Of a DNA stretch of 64,000 bases, positions 50,653 through 59,657 are shown in pieces. The stretch spans positions 12,863 to 76,862 of the forward strand of contig JBAYNU010000004.1 of assembly GCA_041678665.1 (NCBI GenBank). Direction: 5' to 3'. A program made the position numbers and the translations under genes. The stretch's first letter is position 1. Each line of letters starts with the position of its first letter. This DNA comes from Candidatus Magasanikiibacteriota bacterium. Its GTDB lineage: Bacteria > Patescibacteriota > Patescibacteriia > Magasanikbacterales > GWA2-37-8. The notes under the pieces were generated by a model. The model was not told the DNA's origin. It saw only the letters and a program-made list of their open reading frames with translations, and ran no database searches.

Positions 50653-50727
50653 AAATACTGGCACTAAGCCGGTATTTTTCTTGTAGCCCCAACGCAACGG
50701 TTGGCAAACTCTTTTAATGAAGTATTA

Positions 50728-51159
50728 TTATTTATTCGGATTTTTAACTTTGTATTTTTCAATAAACTTATAAATATACTTGACGACCTCATCTCTGCCG
50801 TCAGCCGGACTTCGTGCTACCCAAAGTGCGGTATTATACAAAACGGTGGTATCGGCTTTGAGCCAATATCCGTTAATTAACAAAAAGATTAGCAAGGCGG
50901 TAACCGCAATTCTTTTGTTACCATTTTGGAAAGGGTGGTTTTTAATTAAAAGATAAAACAAAAAAGCCGCTTTGCCATTGAGGCCTTTATATAAAAGTCG
51001 GTTATTAAATTTTTGGAAAGGGGAGACAATACAACTTTCTAGGATATTAGGATATCTCGTTTCAAATTCAGGAATCGGTTCATCCCAATCCATAGTGTTT
51101 TTGGCGAGACGATGGGCGACAAATTTAATCTGTTCTACGGTGATTGGTTTAATATTCAT
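50728..51159 (-). CDS. doc: Doc/Fic-family toxin
   Basis: Fic/Doc motif HPFQNGNKRIAVTA; about 140 aa; 4 nt downstream of an HTH gene. Confidence 0.7.
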   Translation of the reverse strand: MNIKPITVEQIKFVAHRLAKNTMDWDEPIPEFETRYPNILESCIVSPFQKFNNRLLYKGLNGKAAFLFYLLIKNHPFQNGNKRIAVTALLIFLLINGYWLKADTTVLYNTALWVARSPADGRDEVVKYIYKFIEKYKVKNPNK

Positions 51160-51163
51160 ATGT

Positions 51164-51424
51164 TTATTCCTTACCTAGCATTTTTAATAAATCACCATAC
51201 TCCACGATAACTTTTTTGACGCCGTATTCGATTTCATTTTTGAGCTTATCTGATAAATCAGAATAAACAATGCCCTTTAATTCTTTGCGGGGGATATAGT
51301 ATGTTTTGCCTACCTTTTTAGCTTTGATAGCGCCATTTTGGATTTTTTTAAAAACGGCAATTCTACTAACACCAAGAATATCGGCGAGTTGTTTAACGGT
51401 ATACGTTGTGTTATCTATTTTCAT
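51164..51424 (-). CDS. Excisionase/MerR-like HTH DNA-binding protein, putative antitoxin for Doc (start revised to internal ATG; the ORF-track N-terminus overlaps the promoter)
   Basis: HTH YTVKQLADILGVSRIAVFKKIQNG. Promoter TTGACA-17-TACAAT lies inside the longer ORF 51164..51469. Confidence 0.6.
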   Translation of the reverse strand: MKIDNTTYTVKQLADILGVSRIAVFKKIQNGAIKAKKVGKTYYIPRKELKGIVYSDLSDKLKNEIEYGVKKVIVEYGDLLKMLGKE

Positions 51425-51459
51425 ATTATTAAAGTTTGTTATGTTTATTCTACGCAGTA

Positions 51460-51488
51460 ATTGTACCATATGTTAACTATCATGTCAA
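51460..51488 (-). promoter_or_regulatory. Consensus sigma70 promoter (minus strand) TTGACA-17 nt-TACAAT for the HTH-doc operon, overlapped by GTTAAC-N13-GTTAAC palindromes
   Basis: Seen in the sequence. Confidence 0.65.
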
Positions 51489-51512
51489 TGGTTAACATAG
51501 ATTTGTATAACA

Positions 51513-51542
51513 AAAACCCCGCTATTTAAGCGGAGTTTTTTG
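51513..51542 (-). terminator. Rho-independent terminator (minus: AAAAAACUCCGCU-UAAAU-AGCGGGGUUUUU)
   Basis: Stem is better paired on the minus strand; ends the SIR2 operon/UTR. Confidence 0.65.
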
Positions 51543-51697
51543 GTCGTGGTAGAACACCTCGGTCTGGTACCCACCTGAGTGAGGCCGTTGATGGCTTTTT
51601 CGGAGGTCAAAGCCCGTGTTTCACAATCCCTCTCGGTCGGGGGTCGTTTGAGGCGTTTTTGATAATTATCTTGGGCTTATTATAACAAAAATTTACC
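51543..51697 (-). ncRNA. GC-rich (about 55%) structured 3'-UTR or small RNA candidate between the 300-aa gene and the terminator
   Basis: Local GC far above the about 40% background; contains CCCTCTCGGTC also found at 53922; no family recognised. Confidence 0.3.
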
Positions 51698-52600
51698 CTA
51701 TATAGCTATTTGTTTCTGGAATTCAGATTCAAGTTTTTTTAAATGATTGGGATCACTGAAGTATTCTTTAATTTTGACCACTTCTTTAGCCCCCATGGTG
51801 TTTGAGTGCCCTAAATAATCTACAAGATCTATTTCTGGATAAGAGAAGCGTGCATTAATGCCGCGCCCTTTGTGTACAACATGAAAGTGTTTCGAAATTT
51901 GTTTGCCTTTAAATACAGAATGATCGCCGCTATTTACTCTGAAATCAAATCCATTTATATCGCCAGCACGGCCACCCAGAATTGGGCCTTGCCATTCTAT
52001 TGCATCCTTGTATTTTTCTCTCAATTCTCTTTCCTCTCGTTCTTCTTCTGACTCGACAAATGGCGCAAATTTTTCCTCTGAATTATTAAGAATATTGAAA
52101 ATATCATCAGAAATTTTTTTGTCCCAAACCTGCTGCCTGCTTATTCTTTCTAATTCACTCCAATATGTATTCCAATCGCTTTTAAGTTTTGTAGTTCGTG
52201 CAACAGAGTTTGATAAATATTTTTTTATTTCTATCTGCTCTTTATCATAAATTGGATTTGTTCCCTTGATTATAAAAGGAAAGAGTGTAAATTGTTCATT
52301 TTCATTTCCGTTTATTTCAATTATAAGTCCTTGAGGATGTTCGGGATCTTTGGAATAAAGTTCAATACGCGATTTGATTCTAACCCTTTGTTTTATTTTT
52401 GATAAAAAACTTGGAATTATTTCTGCCGAAGGACCACTCATCGGTAAATAATTTCCATTAATACTCATCCAACCAATACCGAAGCCATGTCCTGCTGAGC
52501 TCAGCCATGATTTTGGTATTTCTGCGATAAGGTCAAATTTTAGACCAACTATTGCAAATGGTTTTGGCGTAATGAGTACTGCTTCTTTTTTGTTCTCCAT
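51698..52600 (-). CDS. Uncharacterised 300-aa protein co-oriented downstream of the SIR2-like gene
   Basis: ORF; beta-rich N-domain, acidic linker (EEEREERELRE), His-rich C-domain (RVNSGDHSVFKGKQISKHFHVVHKGRG). Confidence 0.55.
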   Translation of the reverse strand: MENKKEAVLITPKPFAIVGLKFDLIAEIPKSWLSSAGHGFGIGWMSINGNYLPMSGPSAEIIPSFLSKIKQRVRIKSRIELYSKDPEHPQGLIIEINGNENEQFTLFPFIIKGTNPIYDKEQIEIKKYLSNSVARTTKLKSDWNTYWSELERISRQQVWDKKISDDIFNILNNSEEKFAPFVESEEEREERELREKYKDAIEWQGPILGGRAGDINGFDFRVNSGDHSVFKGKQISKHFHVVHKGRGINARFSYPEIDLVDYLGHSNTMGAKEVVKIKEYFSDPNHLKKLESEFQKQIAI

Positions 52601-52711
52601 AAATATGTAATTCTACATGCCAATGAACCAAGATATTCTATATTGCATAAACATAGTTCATCTAACAAGAGTTATATTTTTTTATAGTACAATGTAATAA
52701 TATGTGTAGCA

Positions 52712-53731
52712 TTAAAATAGATGCTCGCTTCTTGATTCCATATTAAAGTCTGGATAAATTTTGAGTAGATTAGAAAACCCTGAAATATAAATTCGGCTAA
52801 TCCCGCCGAACTTATTCAGGCCGGTGTTGTTTATGACTGCCTTGCCTGTTGCACTATCTCCGCCTCCCACTATAATGATGCGTCGAGGGGGATTTTTAAT
52901 CAATTTTAATACCGAATCATTGAAGTGGTCTTCCTTGCCCTTCCAGCCAATAATGATTATGACATTGGCGTCATTTGTGACAAATTGCTGTAAGGCATGT
53001 ATATGCTCTATTGGGCAAGAGAACGATTTGCCCGTTATCGTTGGTACTACCAATGTCGACCCGTCGCCGGAATATTGGTAGCTTGAGTTAATTTTAATTT
53101 GGTTGCTTGCGTATCTCCCCCACATAATTGAGCCATGTGGGTAGATAAATTTTATAGGTCCATCAATAAAAGAACTGCTTTGAGAAAATTCAATACCCAA
53201 ACTTTCTGATAGCGCTTTTTGGGCTAAATAATCATAGTTAAAATTAACAATACAAAATTCTTTGGATATACACTTTAGTGCACGAAAGAATGTGTGGTAA
53301 TTGTTGCCTGAAATTTCTCGGTTTTCCCACGAAACCACTTTGAATAGTGAACCTAAATAATTAGTGAGGGCGACGATTTCGGTTGCAAATTTGCCTCCGT
53401 CGTTAGGATCATTTCGAACTTTATCAAGAGATTCCTCCAAACCAAGACCGTTTCCTTGCCATTTGCGGACAACACCAACCAAACCTTGAAGACGCGGTTG
53501 CGTGACCAGCAGTGACTTAAATGCTGGCCGGCTATCAAATAAATTATTTGATAGTGGTGGGCGTAAGGATGATTTTAGAAAGGATGGGTCTTCAGAATCA
53601 TCAATTAGGTCATATGATGCACCGGCACCGAATATAACTAGTGGTTTAATATTTACATTTGGAATGTCGCCAAGCATAGAAATATAACTAATAATATAGT
53701 AATATTGATTACTTTTGAATATTACCACCAC
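52712..53731 (-). CDS. SIR2-like (DHS-like NAD-binding, SIR2_2-type) domain protein (GTG start at 53731, or ATG at 53677)
   Basis: Motifs LVIFGAGASYD (GAGxS), VNFNYDYLAQ (NYD), IYPHGS (catalytic His region), IIIIGWKGKEDHF. Confidence 0.65.
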   Translation of the reverse strand: MVVIFKSNQYYYIISYISMLGDIPNVNIKPLVIFGAGASYDLIDDSEDPSFLKSSLRPPLSNNLFDSRPAFKSLLVTQPRLQGLVGVVRKWQGNGLGLEESLDKVRNDPNDGGKFATEIVALTNYLGSLFKVVSWENREISGNNYHTFFRALKCISKEFCIVNFNYDYLAQKALSESLGIEFSQSSSFIDGPIKFIYPHGSIMWGRYASNQIKINSSYQYSGDGSTLVVPTITGKSFSCPIEHIHALQQFVTNDANVIIIIGWKGKEDHFNDSVLKLIKNPPRRIIIVGGGDSATGKAVINNTGLNKFGGISRIYISGFSNLLKIYPDFNMESRSEHLF

Positions 53732-53888
53732 AATTATCGTTTGGCAAGAAAAGGTAGTTCAATTATTATATGAGATTTGTTGACTACTAAGCTTAAAAAG
53801 CATATAATTGAGAGTGTTAATTTGACTGTTTTATCAATTAAATAAAATTCGGATAATATTGATTTCACATTGTCAAATACTAAGACTA

Positions 53889-53925
53889 ACACAAAAGACG
53901 GCATTTAGCCGTCTTTTGTGTGTAC
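53889..53925. terminator. Perfect hairpin ACACAAAAGACGGC-ATTT-AGCCGTCTTTTGTGTGT
   Basis: Seen in the sequence. Confidence 0.6.
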
Positions 53926-53963
53926 ACCCCTCTCGGTCACCCGAGAACCCGTGCACAGCAGTG

Positions 53964-54035
53964 TAGCCCCAACGGGAATCGAACCCGTGTTGCCTCATTG
54001 AAAGCGAGGCGTCCTAGCCACTAGACGATGGGGCC
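53964..54035 (-). tRNA. tRNA-Glu (anticodon TTC)
   Basis: GGCCCCA acceptor, Glu-type D-arm TCGTCTAGTGGCTAGGAC, anticodon loop CTTTCAA, T-arm ACGGG-TTCGATT-CCCGT. Confidence 0.8.
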
Positions 54036-54281
54036 AAATTAACTTTTGTTAGGATTTAGAATATACATTTCTGCCATTAAGATGATTGAGACGATCCCGA
54101 TTCTGCTTCGAGCATGGGGCCAGATTGAATTTTGAATTATGAATAACGAATTTTGAGTATTGAACGACGGATAGGATTATATCATTTTCTGGGGATAAGT
54201 CAAGGCGAGGTTGACCGGAACAAATTTTTGTGTTAGTTTGAAGCTATAAAAAAGAATGTTCTTTACAAAAGGGGGGAAGTC

Positions 54282-55028
54282 ATGGCAAAGACGATTAAAA
54301 AACTCTTGAAAAATTTTTTAGTTCTGGATTTAGACGGAACTTTCGTCCGTTGGAGCCTTTTTCTTTATTTGATCGATGAGCTCGTGTTGATGGGCGTGTT
54401 TAAGCGTTCCATCTATAACGAATTTAGTGATGAGTATCGGGCGTGGGACGGAAGGGAGAGGGATGGGTACTACGAGGCCTATATTAATGCCACTGTGCGG
54501 TCGTTTGCGCCCCATATTAAAGGAGTGTCAAAAAAGATAATGCTTAGAGCGGCCAAGCGAGTGGTAGCTAAGCACGGTCATCAGATTTACGGCTTCACGC
54601 GGGAGCTCGTGGAAAAGGCCCAGCTTCAGGGTCGGGTGGTAATCGCCTTGTCGCAGTCGCCCAGCGAAGTGGTAGGCGAATTTTGCAAGCATTGGGGCAT
54701 TAAGTATTGGTGCGGGACAACTTATCATACCGCGCCTCGTCGAGGTAAAGGTGAGTGTTACACTGGTGTTTGCCAGGTCCCCGACAAAAATCTGGAACTT
54801 AAGGCATTGGTTACTAAATTGCAGCTGACCTACACGCGCTCCATTGGTGTCGGTGACACCTTAGGTGACCGGAGTTTCCTTAAGCTGGTAGAGAAACCTA
54901 TTTGTTACAATCCATCCAGCGCTTTGATGCGTTACGCCCGCCGCAAAGGCTGGCTGCGTGTCTATGAGCGCAAGGATGTGCGTATTATATTTTCTCACAA
55001 GGGAGGGCGAGAAGTTTGCGCTCTTTGA
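54282..55028 (+). CDS. HAD-superfamily hydrolase (HAD-IB/SerB-like), GC-atypical
   Basis: Motif I LVLDLDGTF, motif IV GVGDTLGD; about 50% GC against a 40% background; AGGGGGGAAG RBS. Confidence 0.7.
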   Translation: MAKTIKKLLKNFLVLDLDGTFVRWSLFLYLIDELVLMGVFKRSIYNEFSDEYRAWDGRERDGYYEAYINATVRSFAPHIKGVSKKIMLRAAKRVVAKHGHQIYGFTRELVEKAQLQGRVVIALSQSPSEVVGEFCKHWGIKYWCGTTYHTAPRRGKGECYTGVCQVPDKNLELKALVTKLQLTYTRSIGVGDTLGDRSFLKLVEKPICYNPSSALMRYARRKGWLRVYERKDVRIIFSHKGGREVCAL

Positions 55029-55040
55029 ATATTTAAACTA

Positions 55041-55068
55041 AAAGCCGGGATTGGAACCCCGGCTTTTT
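55041..55068. terminator. Bidirectional hairpin AAAGCCGGG-ATTGGAA-CCCCGGCTTTTT
   Basis: Seen in the sequence. Confidence 0.65.
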
Positions 55069-55080
55069 CATTATTAGAAT

Positions 55081-55425
55081 TTAGGCGTGGGCGATATCAT
55101 CTTTTTTTTGCGCCAATTCCAGCGCTTGTAGATAAAGTCTGGTATTAATGCCTTTATTAGCAACATTGCTATTTTTTATTTCCGCATTAACAATCATTTG
55201 GCGTATTGCTTCTTGGCTGGCACCGATTTTGAGGTATGATTTTATTAAATTAACCATTTTTTCCATTAAAGCGTTTTTTTCCTTGACATAACTTAAGGCA
55301 TCGGGAACTTTGGTGGTATTATTAAAAATATTATTTGCTTCCACAATTAGCTTTCCAAATTTTTCTTGAAATTCACCAATTGTTGGCCTGGGGGTCGATT
55401 CATTAATATTTTGATTAGTAAACAT
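55081..55425 (-). CDS. Hypothetical protein (114 aa)
   Basis: ORF only. Confidence 0.45.
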   Translation of the reverse strand: MFTNQNINESTPRPTIGEFQEKFGKLIVEANNIFNNTTKVPDALSYVKEKNALMEKMVNLIKSYLKIGASQEAIRQMIVNAEIKNSNVANKGINTRLYLQALELAQKKDDIAHA

Positions 55426-55572
55426 AGTAATTATTATTGGTAATAAATTTAATGTTATTTTATCATATTTAATAAGTAAAGTAAATATCGTTTTTAAAGT
55501 TTGGCAATTTATGTTTTTTTTGCTAAGATATCTTTACTTCCCTTCTTATTTTTAAAAAGGTAAATTAATTTT

Positions 55573-56625
55573 ATGCGAGTAAATAGCAAGGATTATCGGA
55601 CAATTTGGATGGAGGGGGGTTCTGTTTTTTTGATTGAACAAAATTTGTTGCCGTTTGAGTTTAAAATTGTAGAATTGAAAACTTGCGTTGAAAGTTGCAA
55701 CGCTATCAAAACCATGCTCGTGCGGGGTGCGATTGCGATTGAAGCGGCGGCCGGGTATGCGATGGCGCAAGCATTTATGGAAGCGCCCAGAGACGATAAA
55801 GGAGAATATGTTGACCGAGCTAAGAAGAATATTGAATCCACCCGGCCTACGGCGCGAAATTTGTTTTATGCGGTGGATAGGGTTTATAACGCGGGTAGAA
55901 AATCTGATAATCCGGTTAGTGCAGTGGTAGCGGCGGTTGGTGAGATGGTGGAAGAAAGCGTGGTCGCCACGCGTCGAATTGGAGAAATTGGGGCGGAATT
56001 GATTAGAGACGGAATGAAAATAGAAACACATTGTAATGCTGGTTGGTTAGCTTGCGTTGATTGGGGCACGGCTCTATCGCCGATGTATATGGCTCACCGG
56101 GCTGGTAAAAAGATTTTTGTTTATGTTGATGAAACTCGTCCGCGCGGACAAGGGGCACGGCTCACTGCTTGGGAGTTAAATAATGAAGGCGTGCCGCATA
56201 AAATTATTCCTGATAACGCCGGCGCGTATTTAATGTCTAAAAACGAAGTGGATTTTATGATAGTGGGCGCGGATCGCATAGCGACCAATGGGGATACGGC
56301 CAACAAAATTGGTACTTTGGAAAAAGCGATTGTGGCTAAAAAATATGGCGTGCCATTTTATATTGCGGCGCCATTATCAACTTTCGATTTAAATTGTAAA
56401 ACCGGGACAGATATTAAAATCGAAGAACGCGGTGAAGACGAGGTATTATATCAAGTTGGTGTAGACGATCAGGGTGCGCTACGAAAAGTTTTGGTATGTT
56501 CACCGGGGTCACGTGCGATTAACCCCGGTTTTGATGTTACTCCGGCGGATCTGATTACTGGTATTATTACGGAAAAGGGGATTGTGAGGGCGAGTAGGGA
56601 AGAAATTAAAAAATTATTTGTTTAG
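55573..56625 (+). CDS. mtnA: eIF-2B/MtnA-family sugar-phosphate isomerase (methylthioribose-1-phosphate or ribose-1,5-bisphosphate isomerase)
   Basis: e2B-family fold; the class II aldolase gene immediately downstream suggests MtnA-MtnB. Confidence 0.7.
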   Translation: MRVNSKDYRTIWMEGGSVFLIEQNLLPFEFKIVELKTCVESCNAIKTMLVRGAIAIEAAAGYAMAQAFMEAPRDDKGEYVDRAKKNIESTRPTARNLFYAVDRVYNAGRKSDNPVSAVVAAVGEMVEESVVATRRIGEIGAELIRDGMKIETHCNAGWLACVDWGTALSPMYMAHRAGKKIFVYVDETRPRGQGARLTAWELNNEGVPHKIIPDNAGAYLMSKNEVDFMIVGADRIATNGDTANKIGTLEKAIVAKKYGVPFYIAAPLSTFDLNCKTGTDIKIEERGEDEVLYQVGVDDQGALRKVLVCSPGSRAINPGFDVTPADLITGIITEKGIVRASREEIKKLFV

Positions 56626-56661
56626 TTTTTTGGCTTATTTTTATTTCAGGATAGATTCATT

Positions 56662-57243
56662 ATGCATCAATCAGCGGCTAAGTTTAAAACTGAGTTTATT
56701 CATCGAGTAGTGCCAGCGGATATTCGAATAATTGAGTTGCGGTGTTGGGCGCGGATATTTAGCGAAAAGGGCTTAACGCCATTTAAAGATGGATTTTTTT
56801 GTGGTAACTTAAGTTTTCGTTTAAATTCGCGAGAAAACCGTTTCATTATTACCGCTTCGCAGATTGGTATTCAAGAAAATTTACCGGATAGCGGTTTTGT
56901 TTTAGTGGAAAATTGTGATTTTGATAGTGGTGTGGTAAAAGTTATTGGTCTGCGCGATCCTTCTTCTGAGAGTTTTTTACATAGCGCAATTTATTTAGCC
57001 AGGCCGGAAGTGAACTTTATTTTTCATGGGCATAGCAATAAAATATTAGCCAATGTGGACAATTTGAATTTGGTCGTAACTAATACATCGCCACCGTATG
57101 GTACGGTGGCATTCGCTCGGAGTGCTTTGGAGGTGTTGGGGCAGAATAATTTTATTATTATGAGAGATCATGGCTTTGTAGCACTCGGCAAGACAGCCGA
57201 CGAAGCCGGAAAATATGCGATAGAAGTTCTGGAAAGGATATAA
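56662..57243 (+). CDS. Class II aldolase/adducin-domain protein (MtnB-like dehydratase/aldolase)
   Basis: GNLSFR, PSSESFLHSAIY, FHGHS motifs. Confidence 0.65.
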   Translation: MHQSAAKFKTEFIHRVVPADIRIIELRCWARIFSEKGLTPFKDGFFCGNLSFRLNSRENRFIITASQIGIQENLPDSGFVLVENCDFDSGVVKVIGLRDPSSESFLHSAIYLARPEVNFIFHGHSNKILANVDNLNLVVTNTSPPYGTVAFARSALEVLGQNNFIIMRDHGFVALGKTADEAGKYAIEVLERI

Positions 57244-57261
57244 TTTTAAGATTAAAAAAGA

Positions 57262-57292
57262 ACAGATCACTCGTCTGTTCTTTTTTAATCTG
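57262..57292. terminator. Bidirectional hairpin AGAACAGA-TCACTCG-TCTGTTCT flanked by A/T runs
   Basis: Seen in the sequence. Confidence 0.6.
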
Positions 57293-57293
57293 A

Positions 57294-57572
57294 TTAAGCT
57301 TTGAGGGCGTCTTTGAGGGCTTTGCCAGCTTTAAATTTAGGAACTTTAACGGCTGGGATTTGAATTTTTTCGGTGGGATGTTGAGGATTAACGCCCATGC
57401 GCGCCGCGCGGGTTTTGGCAGAGAAAGCGCCGAAGCCAGTAAGTACTACTTCGCCGTTTTTCTTTAATTCTTCAGTTACTACACTAGTGAAGGTATTTAA
57501 CATATCCTCGGCTTCGCGTTTGGAAACGTTAAGCTTGCCAGCCAATACTTCGGCTAATTCAGCTTTGTTCAT
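57294..57572 (-). CDS. hup: HU/IHF-family DNA-binding protein
   Basis: MNKAELAEVLA...GFGAFSAKTRAARMGVNPQ. Confidence 0.9.
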   Translation of the reverse strand: MNKAELAEVLAGKLNVSKREAEDMLNTFTSVVTEELKKNGEVVLTGFGAFSAKTRAARMGVNPQHPTEKIQIPAVKVPKFKAGKALKDALKA

Positions 57573-57741
57573 ATCTTCACCCCCTCTCGAAACATTTTTA
57601 TGACCATATATTTGTTAGTGATGGTATTTTACCATTAAAAAAGAATTTTGGCTAATCAAACATTTTTAGTTATCAAGTTATAAAGTTGAAAGTTATAAAG
57701 AGTGAGTTGTCGCGACTTTATAACTTGTCACTTTCAAACTA

Positions 57742-59268
57742 TTACTTGGCGTATTCTACTACGCGGGTTTCGCGGATAACGGTGATGCGGATTTCGCCCG
57801 GATATTGTAATTCTTGTTCTACTTTGCGGGCGATGTCTTTGGCTAATTGGAAAGCGCTGTAATCATCCACTTCGTTGGGTTTAACGAAAATGCGCACTTC
57901 ACGACCAGCTTGAATAGCATAGACTTTTTCGATACCGGCAAAAGATGAAGCGGTTTTTTCCAGCTCTTCCAAACGCGCTACAAATAATTCAAAGGTATCC
58001 TTGCGTGCGCCAAAACGTGCACCCGAAATAGCATCAGCGGCTTTGACAATGCTGGCATAAATATCATAAGGAGTATCTTCATGATGAGTTTTGGCCGATT
58101 GAGCGACATCTTCATCCACGCCGAATTTTTTCAAAATGGCGTAGCCGATTTCTGGGTGTGAACCTTGGGTTTCTTGATCTACGGCTTTGCCGATATCATG
58201 AAAGAATCCACATTTTTTGGCTTTGGCTTCGTTTACGCCTAGTTCGGCGGCAATTAAGGCTGAGAGGTAAGCTACTTCCATGGAATGGTTAACGATATTT
58301 TGTCCGTAAGAAGTGCGATATTTAAGACGGCCGACAATTGAAACTAATTTCGGATCAATGCCGGTAATGCCCATTTTGTAAAGGGCCTCTTCGCCGGCTT
58401 TTTTGATATCTAGCGCCAAGTCTTGTTTGGCTTTTTCTACATATTCTTCAATGCGCGCCGGCTGGATGCGGCCATCAGCCATTAATTTTTCTAAAGCTAA
58501 TTTAGCCACTTGGCGACGAATCGGAGAAAAGCCGGAAACCATAATAGAATCAGGAGTGTCGTCAATAATAATTTCGCAGCCGGTTAATTTTTCAATGGTT
58601 TTGATATTACGACCTTCTTTGCCGATAATGCGTCCTTTCATTTCTTCGCTCGGAATGGAAACATTGGAAGAAGTGGTTTCGGAGGCGTGTGAAGACGCGC
58701 AACGCTGTATGGCGCCGGAAATAATTTCGCGCGCTTTTTCTTCGTATACTTGGTTATCTTCTTTTTGTAATTTCATGATACGCCCAGCCAAATCGGCCTT
58801 GCTTTCCTCTTCCACTTTTTGTAAAAGCTGTTCCTTGGCTTCTTCTTTGGTAAGCGAGGCGATACTTTGCAGAGTAACAATTTCTTGAGCGCGTAATTTT
58901 TCAATTTCAGTTTTAATTTGATTGACTCGGTCCACTTTTTCTTGCAGTTTAGTTTGATTATTTTGAAATTCCAAAAGTTTTTGATCAAACATGTTTTCGC
59001 GCTTTTCCAAACGCGCTTTGATTTCGCGTAATTCCTGGCGCATTTGTTGATCTTCTTTTTTGGCGGCATCAATTAATTTGTCGGCTTTTTCTTGGCCTTG
59101 AGACACTAATTCTTGTTGTTTGGTTTTGGCATCCAATAATAATTTTTCCGCTCTGGCTTCGGCGCTGTTGGCTTGAGCCGCGCCGACTTGTTTGCGAATG
59201 AAATAACCAATGCCAAAACCGATTACAGCCGTTCCGACAATTAAGGCTATCCAAATAAATGTAGGCAT
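57742..59268 (-). CDS. rny: Ribonuclease Y
   Basis: N-terminal TM, coiled coil, KH domain, HD domain (FFHDIGKAVD). Confidence 0.9.
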   Translation of the reverse strand: MPTFIWIALIVGTAVIGFGIGYFIRKQVGAAQANSAEARAEKLLLDAKTKQQELVSQGQEKADKLIDAAKKEDQQMRQELREIKARLEKRENMFDQKLLEFQNNQTKLQEKVDRVNQIKTEIEKLRAQEIVTLQSIASLTKEEAKEQLLQKVEEESKADLAGRIMKLQKEDNQVYEEKAREIISGAIQRCASSHASETTSSNVSIPSEEMKGRIIGKEGRNIKTIEKLTGCEIIIDDTPDSIMVSGFSPIRRQVAKLALEKLMADGRIQPARIEEYVEKAKQDLALDIKKAGEEALYKMGITGIDPKLVSIVGRLKYRTSYGQNIVNHSMEVAYLSALIAAELGVNEAKAKKCGFFHDIGKAVDQETQGSHPEIGYAILKKFGVDEDVAQSAKTHHEDTPYDIYASIVKAADAISGARFGARKDTFELFVARLEELEKTASSFAGIEKVYAIQAGREVRIFVKPNEVDDYSAFQLAKDIARKVEQELQYPGEIRITVIRETRVVEYAK

Positions 59269-59573
59269 ACAAAAATAATCTTCGGAGTTCGAAAATGTAG
59301 TGGTTTAGAAGAAATTTGTTTATGCTAAAATGCCCGAAACAAAAATTGGCTTATTTAAAGCATTTAAAGAAGTTCCAATTTTGATTAAGCAATTTAAAGA
59401 CATAAGTTGGATTGCCGAAATCGGAATTTTGGCTAATCTTATATATTCTTCCATTTCCATCACATCCAGAACCTAATTAATAAATTATGGAAGTATCATA
59501 GCACAAAATCAGAGTTTTGTCAATGCCTAATGTTTAATGGGTTTTTTGATAATTTTGTATATGTGTCATGTAG

Positions 59574-59602
59574 TTGACGGAAAAGGAAAAATGAAGTACA
59601 AT
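59574..59602 (+). promoter_or_regulatory. sigma70-like promoter TTGACG-17 nt-TACAAT upstream of infB; followed by a direct repeat TTTCGTATTTT x2
   Basis: Seen in the sequence. Confidence 0.5.
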
Positions 59603-59657
59603 ATGTACGAACTACTAAAATTACGAAATTATAAAATATAATTCGTTTCGTATTTTC

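Noticed and set aside
51164-51469. Longer N-terminus (MVQLLRRINITNFNN) for the HTH antitoxin
   Set aside because: A perfect -35/-10 promoter occupies this stretch, so transcription would start downstream. The internal ATG at 51424 (MKIDNTTYTVKQL) is the likely start.
54100-54130. Possible duplicated tRNA-Glu end (ATGGGGCCA) as att site
   Set aside because: Only a 9-nt match. Too short to call an integration scar without comparative data; it is mentioned under the HAD finding only.
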